From: Octopus bimaculoides
Taxonomy: Eukaryota
DNA length: 56,803 nt
Direction: 5' to 3'
Assembly (NCBI RefSeq): GCF_001194135.2
Contig: NC_068989.1
Span: forward strand, 19,783,616-19,840,418
The position numbers were made by a program, and so were the translations under genes. Positions 53,426 through 56,803 of the stretch are shown piece after piece (position 1 is the stretch's first letter; every line of letters begins with the position of its first letter). Under the pieces are notes generated by a model, which saw nothing but the letters and a program-made list of their open reading frames with translations, had not been told where the DNA came from and made no database searches.

Positions 53426-53712
53426 TCATCATCATCATCATCGTCCTTTAACGTCCGCTTTCCATGCTAGCATGGGTTGGACGATTTGACTGAGGACTGG
53501 TGGACCAGGAGGCGACACCAGGCTCCAATCTGATTTGGCAGAGTTTCTACAGCTGGATGCCCTTCCTAATGCCAACCACTCCCAGAGTGTAGTGGGTGCT
53601 TTTACGTGCCACCCGCACGAAGGCCAGTCAGGCGGTACTGGCGATGGCCACACTCGAAATGGTGTATTTTACGTGCCACCTGCACAGGAGCCAGTCCATC
53701 GACACTGGCATA
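53426..53712 (-). mobile_element. Family B repeat, well preserved
   Basis: atcatcatcatcatcgtcctttaacgtccgctttccatgctagcatgggttggacg... Confidence 0.85.
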
Positions 53713-54149
53713 TTAAACCATATTGAAACATATTACTAGATATTAGAATGGTAAAGAGTAGTCGGCATGCAGACATACATTTTCACTGAGTTTGCTTATG
53801 TTTGAGATAAGACGGAAACATCAGGCTTTCAGTAAATTTGAGAATATAAGTGAACTCTTGTTATTTAGTTCCAAGTTAGCTCTGATCTACCAGATCTCCA
53901 TTCTAAACTATTCCTACTGCAACCAGCCTGCTATTTTTCTTTTCTTCTTTCCTAAGCCAGCAGGTAAGGTGTGATCTGAGGGAACGTTGGTTGTTATCAC
54001 TAACATGTCAAGTGACCATGCAGAAAGGCTCCCTCACTGAATCAGAGCGAACTCTTTTTCAGTTATTTTACAAAATACACTTGGTAGTAATGTAATCCTT
54101 GGCTAATTAAATACAAAATAAAATAGAATTAATTTTGAAATTATATGCT

Positions 54150-54492
54150 GTGGCCAGTGCCCCCTGACTGGCTTCTGTACCAGTGGCACATAAAAAGCAC
54201 CAACTGAACATGGCCGATACCAGTACCCTCTGACTGGCCCCTGTGCTCGTTGCATATAGAGAACACTATCCGAATGTGATCAATGCCATCCCTGCCTGAC
54301 TGGTTCCTGTGCTGGTGGCACGTAAAAAGCACCCACTACACTCTTGGAGTGGTTGGTGTTAGGAAGGGCATCCAGCTGTCGAAACATTGCCAGATTAGAT
54401 TGGAGCCTGGTACAGCTGCTGGCTCTGCAGACCTCAGTTAAACTGTCCAAACCATGCCAGCATGGAAAACGGACATTAAACGATGATGATAT
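54150..54492 (+). mobile_element. Family B repeat, inverted relative to the 53426 copy
   Basis: ...aggaagggcatccagctgtcgaaac...gcatggaaaacggacattaaacgatgatgat. Confidence 0.8.
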
Positions 54493-54659
54493 GTATATTA
54501 ATAATGACAGCCTGGAAGTGAGTAGCTAAATAAATAAGATATATTTACTTCTGTTGCTAGATCTTCAGTATCAAATTATACTTAAAAAAAAAAAAAAACC
54601 ATCATAAAATGTGTTAAGTAAGAGTATATGTGTGTGTGTATGTATGTATATAATACATT

Positions 54660-54952
54660 TTTTACTCGTTTCAGTCATTAGACTGTAACCATGCTGGGGC
54701 ACCGCCTTGAATTTTTAGTTGAATGAATTAGCCCCAGGACTTATTTTTTAAGCCTGGTATGGGAACGCAAAAACACCAACACTGGCTGTCAAGCGGTGGT
54801 GGTGGGGGGACAAAGACAGAAACACACACACGATGGACTTATTTCAGTTTTTGTCTACCAAATCCACTTACCCAAGGTGCCATGCAGTGGGACTGAACCT
54901 GGAACCATGTGGTTGGGAAGCAAGCATCTTACCACACAGTTACACCTGTGCC
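54660..54952 (-). mobile_element. tRNA-derived SINE, family A
   Basis: cccaaggtgccatgcagtgggactgaacctggaaccatgtggttggg. Confidence 0.8.
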
Positions 54953-55023
54953 TCTAAAGTATTGTCATCCCTGGTGGGATATATATATATATATGTATGT
55001 GTATATATATATATATATATATA

Positions 55024-56140
55024 TGTAGTGAACACTTCTATCGCCATTATATACAAACAAACCATCTTCTCCCACTGTTATAAATATATTCAAGTTCGGG
55101 CGTAGTAGAGAGCAGCCTGCTGTATCCATCACATGGCTGACTATTCTTTGCGCAGGTAAATTATCTCCTCCATTCCCGCCAGAACGCAAACTGACCAATC
55201 ACAGCCCCTAATAAGGTCACGTGATAGTGTTTTTTTAATGCTTTTCTGGAGCCTCTATTTTACTATAAATAGACTAAATTATCCCCGCCAATGGTCGTGC
55301 CTCAGATCACCTAGATCTGGCCGTCGGCCACACACGCGTAACACAGCCAGCCAGTTTCCAGCGATAACATCAACACCATCGTACAACTACGAACTACAAG
55401 CATCGCCACCGACGTCGCCAGCAGCAACACGACACTACAACTACCAGTGTCCCCAACAGCGTCAACATGACTCTACACGTACACAAGCTACCAACAGCTA
55501 ACTGCAGAACTTCTAACCCTGTTTGTGTGATTCATTTCGCCACGANNNNNNNNNNCAACAGCTAACTGCAGAACTTCTAACCCTGTTTGTGTGATTCATT
55601 TCGCCACGAAATAACAGCCAGAATTTAGCCTGCGAAGAACATCTGTACTCAAGCACCTGGCTTGGCATAGAAGCCACAACATCACAACTAGTGATTGCTC
55701 TGCCCCACACGCCTTAACTTCTTATATACAGACACTCACCACGGTGTACTCTAACAAAGAACTGGTGTCTTAAATCCTTATACGTGTTACTGACTATTTC
55801 AATACTGTGTATCTCTCGTACCCACATACATGTATTACTTACACACACACTTTTCTTTACATGACGGCCTGTCTTTTATTGTGCTTCATTATGTCGCATT
55901 CACTCACACACAGACATACAATTTAATGCTACAATAAATCTTACTGTTATTCATCTCATACGGTTGTGTTCCTATCGTCTTCCTTACTGGCATTTACGAA
56001 TTCTCTATGTTATCGAAGTATAACATATATATATATCATTTGATATATTTTGTGTTCGACCGTGTGACGCGTTTAATAAAGGAGCCTGTTTTTCCATTCG
56101 TCACCATTTCTCCTTTTTGGGTTCGCACGGTCGTTCTACA
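55024..56140 (+). mobile_element. Probable solo LTR (Gypsy-like termini) inserted in a (TA)n tract
   Basis: TGTAG...CTACA inverted termini; tata on both flanks (possible TSD but ambiguous in TA repeat); CpG-rich compared with flanks; CCAAT 55195, CACGTG 55218, TATAAATA 55264, AATAAA 56075. Confidence 0.7.
55175..55290 (+). promoter_or_regulatory. Pol II promoter-like motif cluster inside the putative LTR
   Basis: CCCGCC 55175, CCAAT 55195-55199, GGTCACGTGA E-box around 55218-55223, TATAAATA 55264-55271, in promoter-like order. Confidence 0.5.
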
Positions 56141-56266
56141 TATATATATTACACTGAATGTTATATTTCATGTTCTCTTGAAAGCTTATAAATTCTTATG
56201 ATGTCAACAGCACATAATTCTCACTGGTAAGAATAAAGTTTCTAAAATGGATAGAGAAATTCAAAG

Positions 56267-56343
56267 ATTGCTTTGGTCCAATGGTAGAACGACTGTCTGC
56301 AGGTAATGTGGGTTCAAGTCCCACAAGCAGCCCTCGATTTTTT
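56267..56343 (+). pseudogene. Degenerate tRNA-like sequence (A box, B box, T arm, T6 terminator); anticodon arm truncated, possibly Cys(GCA)-derived
   Basis: TGGTCCAATGG (A box); GTGGG-TTCAAGT-CCCAC (5-bp T stem); ATTGCTT/AAGCAGC partial acceptor stem; TTTTTT at 56338-56343. Confidence 0.45.
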
Positions 56344-56409
56344 CTATCCAAAAGGGTTTTCCAACCAAATATTTACATGTTTATTATTTATAGTTTACTG
56401 GGTCCTTCA

Positions 56410-56759
56410 AGAACGACTGTTCCAAAAATGAAATTTTACAGTCTCACCTTGGGTAAGTCTTTTCTACTATAGCCTTAGGCTGGCCAAATCCTTGTGAGTG
56501 GATTCGGTAGACGGAAACTGAAAGAAGCCAGTCGTATATGTATATATACATGTATGTGTGTCTTTGTCCCCCATCACTGTTTGAAAACTGGTGTTGGTGT
56601 GTTTATGTCCTTGTAATCTAGCAGTTTGGCAAAAGAGACCAATAGAATAAGGCTTGAGAAATAAGTTCTGGGGTGGGTTGATTTGTTCGACTAAAACCCT
56701 TCAAGATAGTGCTCCAGCATGGCTACAGTCAAATAAGTGAAACAAATAAAAAAGTAAAA

Positions 56760-56760
<1 letters not shown>
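56410..56760 (+). mobile_element. tRNA-derived SINE, family A (head degenerate)
   Basis: caccttgggtaagtcttttctactatagcc...gtggattcggtagacggaaactgaaagaagcc...ccagcatggctacagtcaaat. Confidence 0.8.

Positions 56761-56803
<43 letters not shown>

Noticed and set aside
55490-55610. Internal duplication in the putative LTR
   Set aside because: It straddles a 10-N gap and is probably a scaffolding overlap.

Overview
AT-rich, microsatellite- and SINE-dense animal genomic DNA, most likely a draft Octopus scaffold; this is inferred from the repeat families and the short N gaps, not proven. It holds one protein-coding gene, on the minus strand: the 3' part of an NRBP1/Madm-family pseudokinase. Eight coding exons (18105 down to 2110) have canonical GT-AG sites and splice in frame to about 312 aa plus a stop. 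I found no exons for the N-terminal ~220 aa, so 18106-56803 appears to be one intron of at least 38 kb. That intron contains a strong 21-nt microexon candidate (28625-28645). It would insert GSFFERMF at the position and phase where, from recall, vertebrate NRBP1 has an alternative VFHRIFAN insert. The rest is transposon-derived: tRNA-derived SINEs, a (GAT)n-tailed repeat family, piggyBac-type TTAA MITEs, mariner relics including a fold-back copy, RTE and CR1/L2-like LINE fragments and a probable solo LTR. Several near-perfect hairpins and inverted repeat pairs could form dsRNA in the pre-mRNA. Repeat boundaries are approximate and all alignments were done by eye.
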